Source: Caecitellus pseudoparvulus (Eukaryota; Protista; Bigyra: Bicosoecida). From it: DNA of 64,000 bases. The stretch is taken from positions 62,001-126,000 of the forward strand of contig CBFFRQ010000034.1 in assembly GCA_965644315.1 (NCBI GenBank), given 5' to 3'. The stretch's first letter is position 1. Each line of letters begins with the position of its first letter. The position numbers and the translations under genes are program-made. Positions 22,390-35,707 of this stretch are shown piece by piece. The notes beneath the pieces were generated by a model that saw only the letters and a program-made list of their open reading frames with translations, did not search any database and was not told where the DNA came from.

Positions 22390-23183
22390 GGCGGTCGACG
22401 GAGGTCCGCTCGGAAGACTTCGCGGCAGGTGCGGGAGCGGAGCCCGAGAGATCACGGAGGCGCGGAAGGGAAAGCAGGAAGAGTTCTCCAGCAGGCAAGG
22501 GGGGCGGGGTGGGGCACAGCGCGTGGAGGTGAAATGCGGCAGGCAAGCTTGTGTGGTTGTGGTGGGTAAATTGGCAGCTAGGTTCTGCTGGGCTTGTCTG
22601 CGCTTCGCAAGATCATGTTGCCAAAGCGCCTTGCGCCGCCCGCGTTTCAACGTTTCAGTGCACTTTGCAGGCAGCTGAGGGACGTGCACTGTGCGGTAGC
22701 TCCGCTGGCGTGCAGCGGCCCCAAGGCATCCCAGCTTGTCGAGCAGGTGGCTCATTACACACGGCACTTGTCCACGCAGCGATAGCGCAAGTGCCTGGCG
22801 CCGGAAACCCACGAGTTTGTGTGCGTGCCCCAGGAATGACCCGCGTTTCACGCTGGCACGCGAGAACAGAGGCGGCCCTCTTGAAGAGAGACTGCGCCTC
22901 AGCTCCTCTGGCGCCAATGGCCATCAAAGAGGGCAGTGCATGACTGTGACGGAGCCTTTCGCGGTGAAGTGCCACAGCTTCGTGGATTCAGGCGGGGGTG
23001 CGGGGAGCGGGAGGTGAAGAGCGGTGTGCACACACTCCGCCAGCATCAAAACACACAAAGCAGAGAAGCACATCTCGTAGCAAGCATCGTAAGCACACTA
23101 AGCAGCAAAGCAGTTCGCAACTTTGCCCCCTTTCAACTCGCATGTTGCTCTGAGTGACGTTCAGCTCAGCAGCACAAGCAAGC
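22390..23183. promoter_or_regulatory. Putative bidirectional promoter and UTRs, ARH1 / mosaic adhesin
   Basis: 794 bp between divergent ATGs, with an A/C-rich tract at 23041-23110. Confidence 0.4.
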
Positions 23184-26100
23184 ATGGAGTCACTGCCAGC
23201 TGCCCGATCAGCTGCCGGCTTCACCTTGGCCCTCCTCGCGTTTTGGGGCATGGTCAAGAGTGTGGACGCCAGAAGTGACGCACTGGATGCCACCCTCATT
23301 GGTGGCGAGTGCTTCATGAAGGGCAAGTACATGGAGATCGGCATTCACGCGGTGAGTGAAGTGCAGGGGTGTGGCAGTGCAACGCGGGCCCACACTGCCT
23401 TCTGAAAACTCTCCGCCCCCGGCAGGTAGGATCATACGGCACGACAAATCAGCCCCCGACTACGTACAATGGAAAGGCTGGTGCTTATCGAAGCTGGGGA
23501 TACGGCTTGGGTTTCACGGCTGACCACGGTGGGTGCCCGCGTTGCGGAACTCGGCCCGCTTCCACGCGGCCTGCTCCACACCTCAACGAAACACGGCTCC
23601 TGCTCCCACCCCCACACCTTTCCAGGCAAGGACGGGTACAGTGTTGGTAGTCCACCATACAGCGGAGACTACTTCGTTCCTGGTTCGCCCCTGGAAGGGT
23701 GGGGCATCAGCTGGAGAACGGGCTCACCAAGCGGAAGCCGCACCACGAGGTTGATGAAGGGCCTCGTGGGGTACCGCCAGTTCACAGGCTCCTACAGCAC
23801 TGAATGTTTTGCAAGTGAAGGCCGTGCCTCAGCCACGTGGACAGGCACGACAGACGGCGTCATTCAAATGCTGCAGTCAACCTCCTTCGATGAGGATGAG
23901 CTGTTCTTCACCACGAGCATCACTATCACGAACACTGGGTCCTCCCCCCTATACGAATTCCACTACCTCAGAAACGTTGACCCTGACCAAGAGCAGCCCC
24001 ACAGCGGTTCGTACGTGACGTTGAACTGGGTGCAGTACCAGCCGTATGTGTCTGGGGACCCCTCTGGCTTCGTGCACCCTGACTACCCCGACACTGCCCT
24101 CGTCATGGCAACGGGGACTACACACACCCAGCTGGCTCTCGGTTTGGGCGCTGTGCATCCCCAGGCTCGCGCAAACCACTTTGGTTTCAACAACAACGAC
24201 CCTGAGGCTGCCTGGAGCAACTCAGAGTGGAAGTCGTACTCCCGAAGCTCCAAGCGCACAGCGGATCAGGGCATCAACCTCGTGTTTCGCTTCCCCTGCA
24301 TCGACCCAGGTGCCTCCATCTCCTTCACATGGGTCTACGTGCTGGATGAGAGTGACCTGCAGAAGGCCATCATGGGCATTGAAGCTGTGACGATCCTGCA
24401 GCCCTCAGCTGCTGCGTCAGGCATGGTCCTGTTCAGTGCCTCTGTCATCAGCAAGATCAAAACCGTCATTTTCACGGTGCAGAGCACACGTGGCGAGACG
24501 GTCTTCCGGCAGGAGGTTAGCGGCGTTCCAGACTACAAGCAGCCCAACGGCAAGCTCGTGTACTCCACCCGCGTGAACACGGAGCTGTTCGAGAGCGGCC
24601 TGGCATCCTACGTCTTTGAGGTGCGAGGAATCCAGGACACTGGCAAGTCCAGCACTGCAAGCTCGGTCGTGGAGCTGAACAACAATGCCCCCAAGATGGA
24701 GTGGACATCCCACCCGACCGACGGCTCCGCCATCTTCCGGAACTACGCTCCCAACACACTCACCGTGCGCCAGGCCAGCTCCACGTCCTTCTCCATCACA
24801 TCTGTCACTTTCATCCGGGAGGTGGCTGGCAGCTCCATCAACCTTGGCACCGGCGTCCGGCGAGGCGTGGGCGCGCTGACCACTTGGTCCCTTGACTTGG
24901 ACGCCAGCGACCTGGAGGTGTACACGCCCGTGGCCATCAAAGCCGTGGCCCTCGCCTCCACCGGCATCCGCGGCACGGCAGTCGCCACTGGCAAGGTGGT
25001 GGAGCTGAACTTCCCCCCCACCAGCATCTCCCTCACCTCCTCCACCGTGCTCGAGAACAAGCCGGCCGGGACTGCTGTGGGCACGCTGAGTGCAGCTGAC
25101 GCCAACAAGTATGACTCGCACAAGTTCACCTTTGACACACCCACCAGCTACTTCAAGGTTGTTGACGGGGACCAGCTCGTCACCAGCGCAGTCCTGAACC
25201 GGGAGCATATTTCCAGTCACAGCCTGCGCATCCGCGCAACTGATCCGCAGGGAGAGCAGTATGTCAGGTCATTCACCATCACCGTGGGCAACGTCAACGA
25301 AGCCCCCACTGCAGTGACGCTCAGCTCGAACTCCATCCTCGAGAATTCCCCGGTGTATTCTGTCGTGGGCACGCTGTCCGCTGTCGACCCCGACGTTGGG
25401 GACAGCCACTCCTTCAAGATCGTGGGCGGGTCCAGCGGCTTCGCCATCCACAGCGGCAACAAGCTCGTGGTGACCTTTGTCCCTGACTTTGAAGCCAAGT
25501 TCCGCTATGATGTGGCCATCTCAGCCACCGATGCTGCAGGCCTGACCACTTCGACGCTCTTCCCCATCACCATCACCGACGTACGTGAAGACTGCTGCAG
25601 GTACGAGTCAGGGGACACGGTCATGTCATACTGCCACGAATGTTGGGATGCCACAGAGATCGTAAATGTGAAACTGGCTCGTATTGAGCCTGGAGCGTTC
25701 AGCGATGGCAGCCACGCTGAAGTACTGTCGCTCAAGATCTCGACCATGGCACCCCTGCACATCCCTGCTGGGGCCTTCGCTGGGCTTGAAAACATGCACA
25801 CCCTTCAGATCTGGGGTGCCCCCAGCCTCGACCTGGAGCCAGGGTGTTTTGAGGGGCTGCCTTCGTTGACCAGGATTGACATCTCAGAGTCAACCCTTGC
25901 TGCAGTGCCAGCTGGGGTCCTCGCAGACGTCCCCAGGCTGACCACCTTGAATCTGCACAAAAACGGCCTATCTGACGCAACCAGCATAGTGAAGGAGACG
26001 AGCCTCGTCGAGCTGTCTTTTGCATTTAATCGGATCGAATCCCTGCCAACTCGTCTGCTCCATTCAGGCAGCCGTCTGAAGAGGCTTGATCTGCTCGGGA

Positions 26101-29100
26101 ACCCAGGGGAGCACTCTTGTCCTGTCGGTTCTCCCTCATCGTGTGCGCTGTACACGAAGTCCAACGAAGCTGGTGCTGTCGCGAAGTTCTGCTGGTGCTC
26201 AGATGGCGGCGACAGCAGCATCTTCCTGCTGCCTGCATCCACTCCCTACGGCACGGCATTCGCAACCTTGGACGCCTGCCTTGCGTGGGAAGCATCCACC
26301 GGCTCCCGCAGCTTCTGCACAGCGAGTTCGACCAGCCCAAAAGGGCACCGTGGCGTTTGTAAGTAACTCCTTTTTGCCGTTGAGGCCCCATGCCCGCCTC
26401 ATTTCCCCCCACCCCTCCATTCACAGACACTTGCGCTGCTGGGCAGCGCCTCGTCATGCCTGCCTCGCCAAACTACGCATCCGCTTCTGGCTTCGGCTGC
26501 TCAGTGTGCAGCGCAGGCCAGTACCAGGCAGACAAGACCCATGGCTGGACGAGCTGCAACGCCTGCCCAGCCGGGCGGTATCAGGGCAGCACCGGGCAGA
26601 GTGCGTGCTCGACGCCAAGCACAGGGTACTACGTGGACACTGGAACAGGGCGGACGTTGCAGCGCGCATGCCCTTCGGGCACTGAAGGAGGGCGGGGTTA
26701 CCTGTCCTCCTGCTCCAACTGCCCTGCAGGGAAGTACGGCCATTCCAGTGGGGGGGCAGCCTCTTCGCCATGCGCATCGGCCTGTCCTGCAGGCTACTAT
26801 TGCCCGGCAGGAACAAGCTATGCAGCCCGGACATCAAACGGGTGTGGGGGTCCCAAGTACTACTGCCCAGCTGGATCAGGCAGTCGCATCACAACACCCG
26901 CTGGATATCGGGCCACGTCCTCAGTCAACGCTGGCTCCATTGAACCCTGCAAGCCTGGGCATCGGTGCTTGAATGGCGAACAGTACGAGTGCGCGCCAGG
27001 AGAGTACCAGCCATCCTCTGGGGCATCATCTTGCAAAAAGTGTGGCGAAGGTTCCCTTGCTTCGACAGAGCAGTTTGCTTCATCGGACGATCACCGGTCG
27101 TGCGTGAAGATTGTCTGCGCGGCAGGGGAGTACATCGACACAAGCGCTGCTTCCAAGGCGATCAATGGGTACGGAGTTTGCAGAGCCTGCCCAGCCGGAA
27201 GGCGCGGGCCACTTGGGCGAGCAGACCTCTTCTCATGCCTTGCCTGTCCCTCGGAGCAGTACTCAGCCGCTGGAGCTGACAAGTGCACACCTTGGGCCAA
27301 GTGTGGCGGAGGGCAGATGGTGCATCCCAGCTATCCCGGCTCTCCCACTGTCAACAGGCGGTGCAGCACCTGCCCCGCCAACACCTTCCAGCCCTCCACC
27401 AGCCACGCCGAGACGAGCTGCAAGCCCCACAGTGGTTGTGGGCCTGGAACGGCGGTGCTTGTGCACGGCACGACCTCCGCTGACACACGCTGCAAGCCAT
27501 GCCTGACGGGGCAGTGGCAGCACCTGTCAGGGTTCAAGGAGACCACCTGCCCCGCCAAGCGCACATGTGCACCAGGAAGCTTTGTCAAGACCGAGGGTGG
27601 AGCAACGGTGGATCGCATCTGCCAGAGCTGCCAAGCGGGCACATACAGCACGTCATCCAACGTGGCTTCGTGCACTTTGTGTGGGCTGTCCTATTACGGC
27701 ACAATAACGGGGGGCGCGTCCGCCAGCGCTGCATGCAAGGCTTGCAGTCCAGGCACATACACCGACTCTCAGATCAAGGGCATTGCGGCAACTTCGTGTG
27801 TGACCTGTGAGCCGGGGCGGTTCAGGGACTCGTCCATGAGCGTCGTCGGTGTGTGCGCCCGAGGGCAGTACTCACCCGCCGGGGCCACAGCTTGCCTGTC
27901 ATGTAACCGCGGCTTCTACGGGAGCTTCGCACACACAGCTCTCACACCTCTCGGCCCAAGCCACTCAGACGCATGCTCCACCTGCCCCAACGGCCGCTAC
28001 TCCGCATCCCCTGGGTCTGATGCAAGCTCTGATTGTGCTGCTTGTCCTGGCGGCCAGTGGGCATCGGGCGGCTCGGCGTGTGCAAAGTGCGCTCCAGGCA
28101 AGTACAAGCACCCTTCGTACGGCTGCCTCACGTGTGGCAAGGGGACCTACTCAGGGGCTGGCCAGGACTCATGCACTGCCTGCTCCAGCGGACGGTACGG
28201 TCTGTCAACAGGTGCAACCACACTGGAGGCCTGCACGAAGTGTCCAGCTGGCACGATCGGCACCGGGTCTGGGAAGAGCACCCTGGCCAGCGGGTGCACG
28301 GAGTGCGACAGCGGCGAGTGGTCGCCTGAGGGCGCCACCAGCTGCTACAACTGCCCCACTGGCAGGAAGCAGACCTCGTCAGGCTGCGTCGCCTGCGGCA
28401 GCGGGCTGTACCAAGACGAGGAGAAGTCACTTGGGTGCAAGTCTTGCCCTGCGGGACGGTACCACCCCTTCATGGGGCAACGCTCAGAGGGAAGCTGCAG
28501 GTGGTGCAGCGCCGGGCGCTTCACAGGTTCGGCAGTGCTGCCGTACACTGTCTCCGTGGGGCAGTCTGCCTGCACTGACTGCATGGTCGGGCGGTACCGC
28601 GGAGAGACCGTCGGCGGCAACTGTGACTTGTGCCCGGTTGGCCTGTATGCAGATGAGCGTGCGTCGCTGGAGTGCAAACATTGTCCGAAAGGAAGGTACA
28701 ACGCCTTGATTGGCAGGACAACGCTTTCGGCTTGCAATGACTGCCCACCAGGCACCATCACAAGCACCACAGGTCAATCAGTCTGCAGCGTGTGCTCTGC
28801 TGGATTCTTCGCGAATGGATACGGCAACAGCGATTGCACACAGTGCGCCCCGGGGACATATGCAGATGGCCCTCGCACACCTGTCTGCCAGGCGTGCCCG
28901 GCTGGTACCTACGCTGCTGGGTCGGCCTCGACAAGCTGCACCGCCTGCCCCACTGGCCGGTTCATGTCCAGCAAAGGGGCATCGGTGTGTGCCCTGTGCG
29001 CGCCAGGGAAGTTCCGAGACGCGACCAACCCTGCGCATTCAGACGCCACCAAATGCTATGACTGCCCCGCTGGTCGATTCACCGTTGGGTACGGCGCTCA

Positions 29101-32100
29101 TGGTAGTTGCTCTGCGTGCAACCCAGGAAGGTTCCAGTCCGCCGCTGGCCAAACTCGGTGCAACGCTTGCAACTACGGCAAGTTCTCTGATACCTCGGCA
29201 GCGAGCACCTGCACGTCGTGCCCCAGGGGCCGGTATGAAGACACTGTCGGGGACACTGGCATCGTGCTGTGCAAGGCTTGCCCGGTGGGGCACATGTGCG
29301 AGGCGTCCAACATGGTCACCCCCACGCAGTGCGCCTTGGGCACTTCTCAGCCAAGCAGCGGGAAATCGTTTTGTGTGGACTGCGCAAAAGGGCGGTATGC
29401 GCCCACCCGAGGCCTTGGCTCGTGCCCCGCATGTGGACTGGGGCTGCACCAAGATGCTACTGGGAAGAGTGTCTGTCAGAGCTGCGCCCCTGGCCTGTAT
29501 GCAGGGTCACCTGGGCACGTGAACTGCGTTCCATGCGCAAAGGGCACCTGGTCGGCGTCAACTGCGGCAGCTTGCACCAACTGTGCGCCTGGAAAGTACG
29601 CACCAGCTACTGGGCGCTCTGCTTGCACGCTGTGCGAGGCAGGGCGGCAGCAGGACAAGGAAGGCTTCAGCACGTGCAACGACTGCGCGCCAGGGAAAGT
29701 GTCAAGCACGCCAGTGTGGTTCATGGAGTCGACATGGAACGTGCACTGCAAGGGCTGCAGTGTTGGCAAGTACTTCCCTGGTGAGGGCGGTGCAGAGTGC
29801 ACTGCCTGCGAGGCTGGCCGCTTCCAAGATCTCACAAGCCAGTCCATGTGCAAGGACTGTCCGTACGGCACCCACCAAGATGCAAGGGGGAAGACGGTGT
29901 GCACGACGTGCAAGCCGGGTTTGTTTGGCAATGAGCGGGGCTTGGTGACCTGCAAGAACTGCGTGAAGGGGCGGTACTCCATGGATTGGGCTGGGGGCGA
30001 CGTCAAGAAAGGCTACTTGAACATGTACTGCCGCTGGTGTGGGCCAGGTACTCAATCACAAGGCGTGTCAGGGAAGGAGTCGATGGTCTCCAGCATTGCA
30101 GCAGCGCTCGTGTCGAAGCCACTGAGCTCAGGGTGGGATCTCCTCGGCATGTCCGAGCTGTTCGACCCAGTAGCCGCCAAGCCTTCACCTGATGTCATCA
30201 AGGCATCCTTGCCCCCAAACACGGCCAGGGGCGTCTACCGCATGCCGCTCACCGATGCGAGTGCGCTGGCAAAGGTGGAAGACGTCACGCCGGCAGTGCT
30301 GAACCCTCTGAAGGCCATGCTTGGTGGGTATGGGTGCCTCATGTGCACGCCGGGCAAGTACGCCAGCAGTTGGGGGTCTTCAGGGTGCACAAACTGCCCT
30401 CACGGCACGTACCAAGCAGGCCATGGGCACCGCATGTGCAACGCATGCCAGCCTGGCAAGTATTCTGCGGCGCTAACGATTGCAGGCGTCGCTCCCAAGC
30501 ACAAGGCAGGCTCCACTGCATGCTGGGACTGCCCTGCAGGGCGGTCACAGATTGCGCTTGGATCGACCACCTGTGGCAAGTGCGCTCCAGGGCGGTACAA
30601 CGGTGGGCTCGGCAAGACCAGCTGCGAAGAGTGCCCCCGAGGCACGTACACGCCGGACTTTGGCTACCACTCCTGTGCGGCTTGCCCAGCCGGGAAGTAC
30701 AACCTTATCCCAGGCCAGAGTGTCTGTGTCGAGTGTGATAAGGGCACATACGCACCAACGGCAGGCATGTCCATGTGCACTGCCTGCCCAGCTGGACAGT
30801 TCCAGGAGTCCACTGGCAGGTCCAAGTGCTCGCAGTGCGGCCCGGGAACCTTCTCTTCAACAACTGGCTTCACAGTCTGCAGCCTGTGCCAAGCTGGCCG
30901 CCACTCTTCCTTGCACTTTACTCATGGGCTGGGCGCTTCAGTGTGCCAGGAATGCGCTCGCGGTCGTTACGCCGCGTCCACTGGTTCTGTGCAGTGTACG
31001 TTGGCGCCACCCGGGCGCTTCGCACCGCGCCGCGGCCTGAAGGAGACGACAGCCTGCCTCAAGGGATCATACATGGACGAGCAGGGAGCAGCTGCAGATG
31101 CTGAGTCATCCTTGGAAGCACCCGGTGTGGTCGGGATGCCCGGCGGTGTGGGAGTGCCCACCAGGGACTCTGACAAATACTGCAAAGCCTGCCCGGCGGG
31201 ATACTACTGTGAGGACCAGGGCATGACAAACGGAAGGACTGCAAAGTGCCCGGCAGGGCGCTTCGGAGGCCTGAACCAAGTCCGCAGCTTGTGCTCAGGC
31301 GCCTGCCCTGAAGGCTACCGCTGCCCACCAGGGACTGGGGACAGAGAGTGGCTGGACTGCGAGGAAGGGCGCCTGTGCCCAACAGGCACGGGGTCAGAAG
31401 GCCAGGTGACTGTTCCTGGTTACTTCTGTGTGAAACCGTCTGATCCGGCCAAACGCTGGACCACGTGCACAGACCAGGAGCGCTGTCCCCCAGGCTCGTA
31501 CTGTGAGGGAGGAGTGCGCCGGGCGTGCCCCGCAGGGAGGTTCCAAAGCCTGTCGGGCAAGACTGTCTGCAACGGCGTGTGCACTGCAGGGTACTACTGT
31601 CCGGAAGGCTCTGTGGATGACAAAGTGGAGCCCTGCGCACCAGAAGGTGCGGCTGAGCCGCAGACCTACTACTGTCCGTCAGGCACGACCAGCCGGAATG
31701 TGGTCCGGGACTACACCTCCCTCACCTTGCGCGGGTCGTACACCCTTGCATTCGAAGACCCACGTTTCAGGACGACTGCCATTCCGTGCCCGGCTGGCAC
31801 TGCATGCTGGCAAGGTGCGAAGTACCCCGAGGTGGCGTTCTCCGACTCAGTTTGCGGCTCAGGAGTCATGAGCGCCGTGCTGAGCCCCGCCAGCGCAGGA
31901 CCGGAGCCAGTCATGTCATTCATGACGACTACGTTTGCAGCCAAGGATCGTACGACAGGCGCAGTGGGGACGCTGGTGCCCGTGGACAAGCTTGAGTATT
32001 CGCTCGTGGACTACTTCACACCACCCGGCTGCGACCTTCCGAACCCCTTCAGGCTGTCCCCTTCGGGTGACTTGAGCCTTGCAGATGCACACATCTCCGC

Positions 32101-33154
32101 CGTCGAGTGCCCTAGCATCAAAGTTACAGTGGTGGCCAAGAAGGACGCCGCTGCCACGCGCTGTGTCATCGAGGCGACGGTCCAGAACGGAGCGGCGCCA
32201 GTTCGCCGTGCCTCCTCCGCCATCTCCGCAGGGTGGGGCCACATGTGCTACATTACCTCACCAGCAAGTGATGCATGGGGTGGATCCGTGACCTGTGTCG
32301 CAGCCTCGTCTTCCTCCGGCTTAGCTGTAGAGCTGCCAGCTCCGTCGGCAGACTACGGCTGGGTGCAGGTGGCGTCTGGCACATCCCACAGCTGTGCAGT
32401 CGATGCCATGGGCCGCATGAGTTGTTTCGGGGGATCTACCCTCACGACCAGAGGAACGGAGCATGTATGGAGCCCTCCCTCGTCCTTCGGTCCCATTGCA
32501 GCTGTGTCAGCAGGCGAAGACTTCACCTGCGTCGTTGCCAAGGGGCGTGCCGTGGATGGAGGCTACGTGGACGTTGGCGCCCTCACCTGCAAGGGTTCCA
32601 ACGAAGACCTGGGTGCTGCCTGGGGCGCTCAGAAGTCCTTCTTTGCGGAGAACCCCGTCCTTGCAGTCAGTGTGGGCAGCACTGCCGTGTGTGCAGTGCT
32701 GAAGGCTGACAACAGCCTGCGCTGCTTCGGCGGGGGCTCTGCATCGCGCCTGCTCACCAACACGCCCACTGGTGCCTTTGTTCAGGTGTCTGTGGGCATC
32801 ACAAGCAATGCTTGTGGAATCCGAGCATCAGATTCCCACATCGTCTGCTGGGGTGAGCAGTGGAGCACCGGCTCGTACGTGTATGCCGACGCCTACGACA
32901 GTGTGGTGGTTGGAGAGGACTGGTTCTGTGCGACGAGGACTGAAGGCAACGCCCTGACCTGCCTCGGCATGATCGTGCCTCGCGTCTTCTCCAGCTACAA
33001 CAGCATGCCTCGCAAGCCTCTGGTGCAGGTTGCAGCTAGCAAAGACTTGCTATGCACTGTGGATGAGGAAGACAACTTGAACTGCTTCGGACGGGGGCAA
33101 ACTGCAGGGCCAGTTGTGAGCCGCTTGCCTTACATCCTCCCATTGGTGTCCTGA
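23184..33154 (+). CDS. Giant secreted mosaic protein, 3243 aa, 4 exons: signal peptide, bacterial-adhesin-type N-domain, Ig-like, 2 cadherin repeats, LRRs, Cys-rich (GCC2/GCC3, ephrin-receptor-like, TNFR-like) repeats, RCC1/BLIP-II-like propeller
   Basis: Exons 23184-23351, 23426-23528, 23626-26358 and 26427-33154 (introns 74, 97 and 68 nt) fuse four ORFs in frame. Hydrophobic leader GFTLALLAFWGMVKSVDA. Cadherin motifs VGTLSAADAN and NVNEAP...DPD (~25008-25590). LRRs ~25660-26110. CxxCPxGxY repeats ~26430-31830. ISAGWGHMC, VASGTSHSC and VSAGEDFTC repeats ~32215-33100. Confidence 0.88.
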
Positions 33155-33472
33155 GACACCACAGTGTGAGCAGGATGCCTTGGTGTTCTACCAAGTGCTC
33201 CTGCGACACGCTCCTCGCTTCGTCCCACTGGCGTCACCAGTGAGTGTCCTAAACTCCAAGCAGCACGGCACCTCTGTGACCCGGATCGCTTTCGCTTTGC
33301 TCCAGCAAGACTGCACACCCATGGGGCCCTCTGCTCCAACTTGTCGCTGTACATACTTCGCTTTAATGCATTCTGAACAGTGCGGCAGTGGCAACGAGAT
33401 ACGGCTCGAGCGGATACGGCGAACCATGCCGTTTGCCGTGGTTGGGGGGATGGCCCGTGTCTGCAGCGCCTT

Positions 33473-35707
33473 TCACACCTTGTGCACCTTGCGGAAGAGC
33501 AGTGCATCGCGTCGGCGCTCCCAGCCAAGGCACTGCAAGAAGGGCGCGCAGCCAAACCCCTGCTGTCCCTGAGCTGCATCCCTGCTCCACACGTCAAGGA
33601 TGACAGGCGGGAACTCAGGCAGCTCCCTGAGCACACTCGGAAGCATGGCGCGGAGAAGAGGGGCGAGGAACACTGGCAAGCGCTGGTGCAGGGGCACGTC
33701 AAACATACCACTCAGGTCAGCTGAGGAAGCGGGCCGCACAAACTCGAAGGGTGCGAGCCCTGTGAGCTTGGGCATGCCCGGTGGCAGCCCGTGTTCCTCG
33801 AGCGAGGTGGGCGGCTGCGGCACATTCCAGGTGAAGGCAGCGGCGGTCAGCAGCCCGATGCCGGAGGAACCGAGGGAGGAGGTGTTGAGGGAGTGTACGA
33901 TGAAGCCGTGCAGGTGTCGCGCCCGTTCCATGCTTGCTGCCAATTGGGGGTTCTCCGGAGCGGGGGGCAAATCTCCAGCCAACGTGAAGGTGTCTGGACC
34001 AGGCGTTGTGACTTCAGCCAAAAGATTGGTGTGGTCGAAGGTGGCACCCGCGGTGCAGAGCTGGCGAATGATGCTCGCAGCCAGGCGTGGCTCGTCTTGC
34101 GCTGCCGATGCCGGCGAAGCCGCGCTTTCACGCAAGTGGTGCCCAGCAGACCACCAGTCCTTGATGCGTTTCACAAGCAGGCGCAAAATCTCCGTGCCCA
34201 GGGATGTCGGCGGCTCACGAACGCCAAACCCCGGAGGCGTGAAGCTATATGCCACTTTCATGGGCAATGCCGGCGCCGTCTCCGCCAGAGCAACTCCTGT
34301 GGGCTCGTTGAGAGTTGACAGCAGGGCGGCCTGTGCTGCCCCGCCACACCGCAGGGACGCCGAGCACTGCACAATCCGCAAAGCACACGCAAGCGGACGG
34401 CACTGCAGCACTTGCAGGAAGTGAAAGAGGGAGGCCCTGTGCCGTCGGTGACGCGTCTCGTGAGTTTCGCCAGCTCTGACCTCTGCTTCTGACAGGGGCG
34501 GCGTGTTGGCCTCGTCATACGCGACGCGGTGCAGGGGAGCCTGGGAGAAACGCCGGGGCAACGCTGCGTCAGGTTCAGGTGAGTCCGCGAACTCGCCGCC
34601 AGGCAGGGGCATGTCACCCAGCATGGGCTGCGGACAGACGCCGAGGGCAGCGCCGTGGAAGGGAGGGGACGCCTCGGGCCGAACGCAGAACTCCACCGCA
34701 CTGGCGATGTGCTGCAGTGGGTCAGGGCCTGCTGCGTTGAGCGGCACGAGGACAGAGGGTGGTGACCCGCGCTCTGCTGTCAGCACAGCGGCTGCAAGTG
34801 AGAGCGGCAGGGACATGAAGCTGGGGTGCAAGAAATTGCTGCGGGGATGTTTCGGCGTTCGGGTGGTGTCCAGAAGGGGCAGAGGTGTGAAGGGGGTCAC
34901 GTGTTCCGCCTGCAGCATGTGTTCCATGCAACCCCGCAGCCCGCCCAGCACTGCCAAGTGTGTGACGGTGATGTTCCCAGCGCAGAATGGGTCAGTGGCT
35001 GGCACGCCGGCGAGCAGTGCGGCGCGGAGCACGGCGGCGCAATTGCCTGGCAAAGGCGTGGAAGCAGCGCCACCCCCGCACTGAAACCAGCACTGCGCCA
35101 AGTCTTGCCCGTGGAACATCGCTGGCAGCGTCGACACCGCGCTATCTCTCGAGTGAAGTTTGAACGCGGAGCTTGTGAGACGACCCCACCTCTCCGCACT
35201 GGCGTCGTGTACACCCGACAAGTCAACCGAGTCACTTCGGACCAGGGCCGCAGGAGGCACCGCGTGGCCCGCGAACGGCACAGCCAATCGCAAGGCAGCT
35301 ACGAGGGGGTGTGACGGCTGGGAAGCGCCTGCTCCTGTGCGATCTGGCGTCGCACCAGGAACGGAGCGTGCTTGCTGTGTCTCTGCACCGGGCCCGCCAT
35401 TCGGCCTTGCTGCTGGGCAGCGACCCAGCAGCGTTTCTGGACAGGGTAAGGTCGGAGAGGAGATCACAAGGGCTGTTAGTGCGCCAGTGGAGTCATCGAG
35501 CATGGCCTGGGTCAGCGCCTGGCGCGGGTCGGCCGATGCTGCAGCTGGCGTGGTGGACTCGCTCTGCTGCAGTGCACCTGCCCCCACCACACCGTCGCAC
35601 AGCGCTACCAGAGCATCCCGCGCAGTTTCCAGCAAACCAACCAGTTGTTTGACCTCATATGATACGACTGGCACGTCGCGGTCCGCTGCCCCGGCTCTGT
35701 GCGCCAT
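33473..35707 (-). CDS. Hypothetical protein, 744 aa, with one ankyrin-like repeat; 5' end uncertain
   Basis: Long ORF with ATG at 35707. LLAGVPATDPFCAGNITVTHLAVLGGLRGCMEHML resembles an ankyrin repeat. An upstream exon within 35780-36000 cannot be excluded. Confidence 0.65.
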   Translation of the reverse strand: MAHRAGAADRDVPVVSYEVKQLVGLLETARDALVALCDGVVGAGALQQSESTTPAAASADPRQALTQAMLDDSTGALTALVISSPTLPCPETLLGRCPAARPNGGPGAETQQARSVPGATPDRTGAGASQPSHPLVAALRLAVPFAGHAVPPAALVRSDSVDLSGVHDASAERWGRLTSSAFKLHSRDSAVSTLPAMFHGQDLAQCWFQCGGGAASTPLPGNCAAVLRAALLAGVPATDPFCAGNITVTHLAVLGGLRGCMEHMLQAEHVTPFTPLPLLDTTRTPKHPRSNFLHPSFMSLPLSLAAAVLTAERGSPPSVLVPLNAAGPDPLQHIASAVEFCVRPEASPPFHGAALGVCPQPMLGDMPLPGGEFADSPEPDAALPRRFSQAPLHRVAYDEANTPPLSEAEVRAGETHETRHRRHRASLFHFLQVLQCRPLACALRIVQCSASLRCGGAAQAALLSTLNEPTGVALAETAPALPMKVAYSFTPPGFGVREPPTSLGTEILRLLVKRIKDWWSAGHHLRESAASPASAAQDEPRLAASIIRQLCTAGATFDHTNLLAEVTTPGPDTFTLAGDLPPAPENPQLAASMERARHLHGFIVHSLNTSSLGSSGIGLLTAAAFTWNVPQPPTSLEEHGLPPGMPKLTGLAPFEFVRPASSADLSGMFDVPLHQRLPVFLAPLLRAMLPSVLRELPEFPPVILDVWSRDAAQGQQGFGCAPFLQCLGWERRRDALLFRKVHKV

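Noticed and set aside
22390-22917. In-frame 5' extension of the ARH1 ORF
   Set aside because: It starts at TTG and the sequence is not ARH-like. ATG 22389 gives a normal-sized enzyme.
26364-26366. In-frame stops (also 37015 and 39878) as readthrough or an alternative genetic code
   Set aside because: Each lies inside a canonical GT-AG intron whose removal restores the frame.
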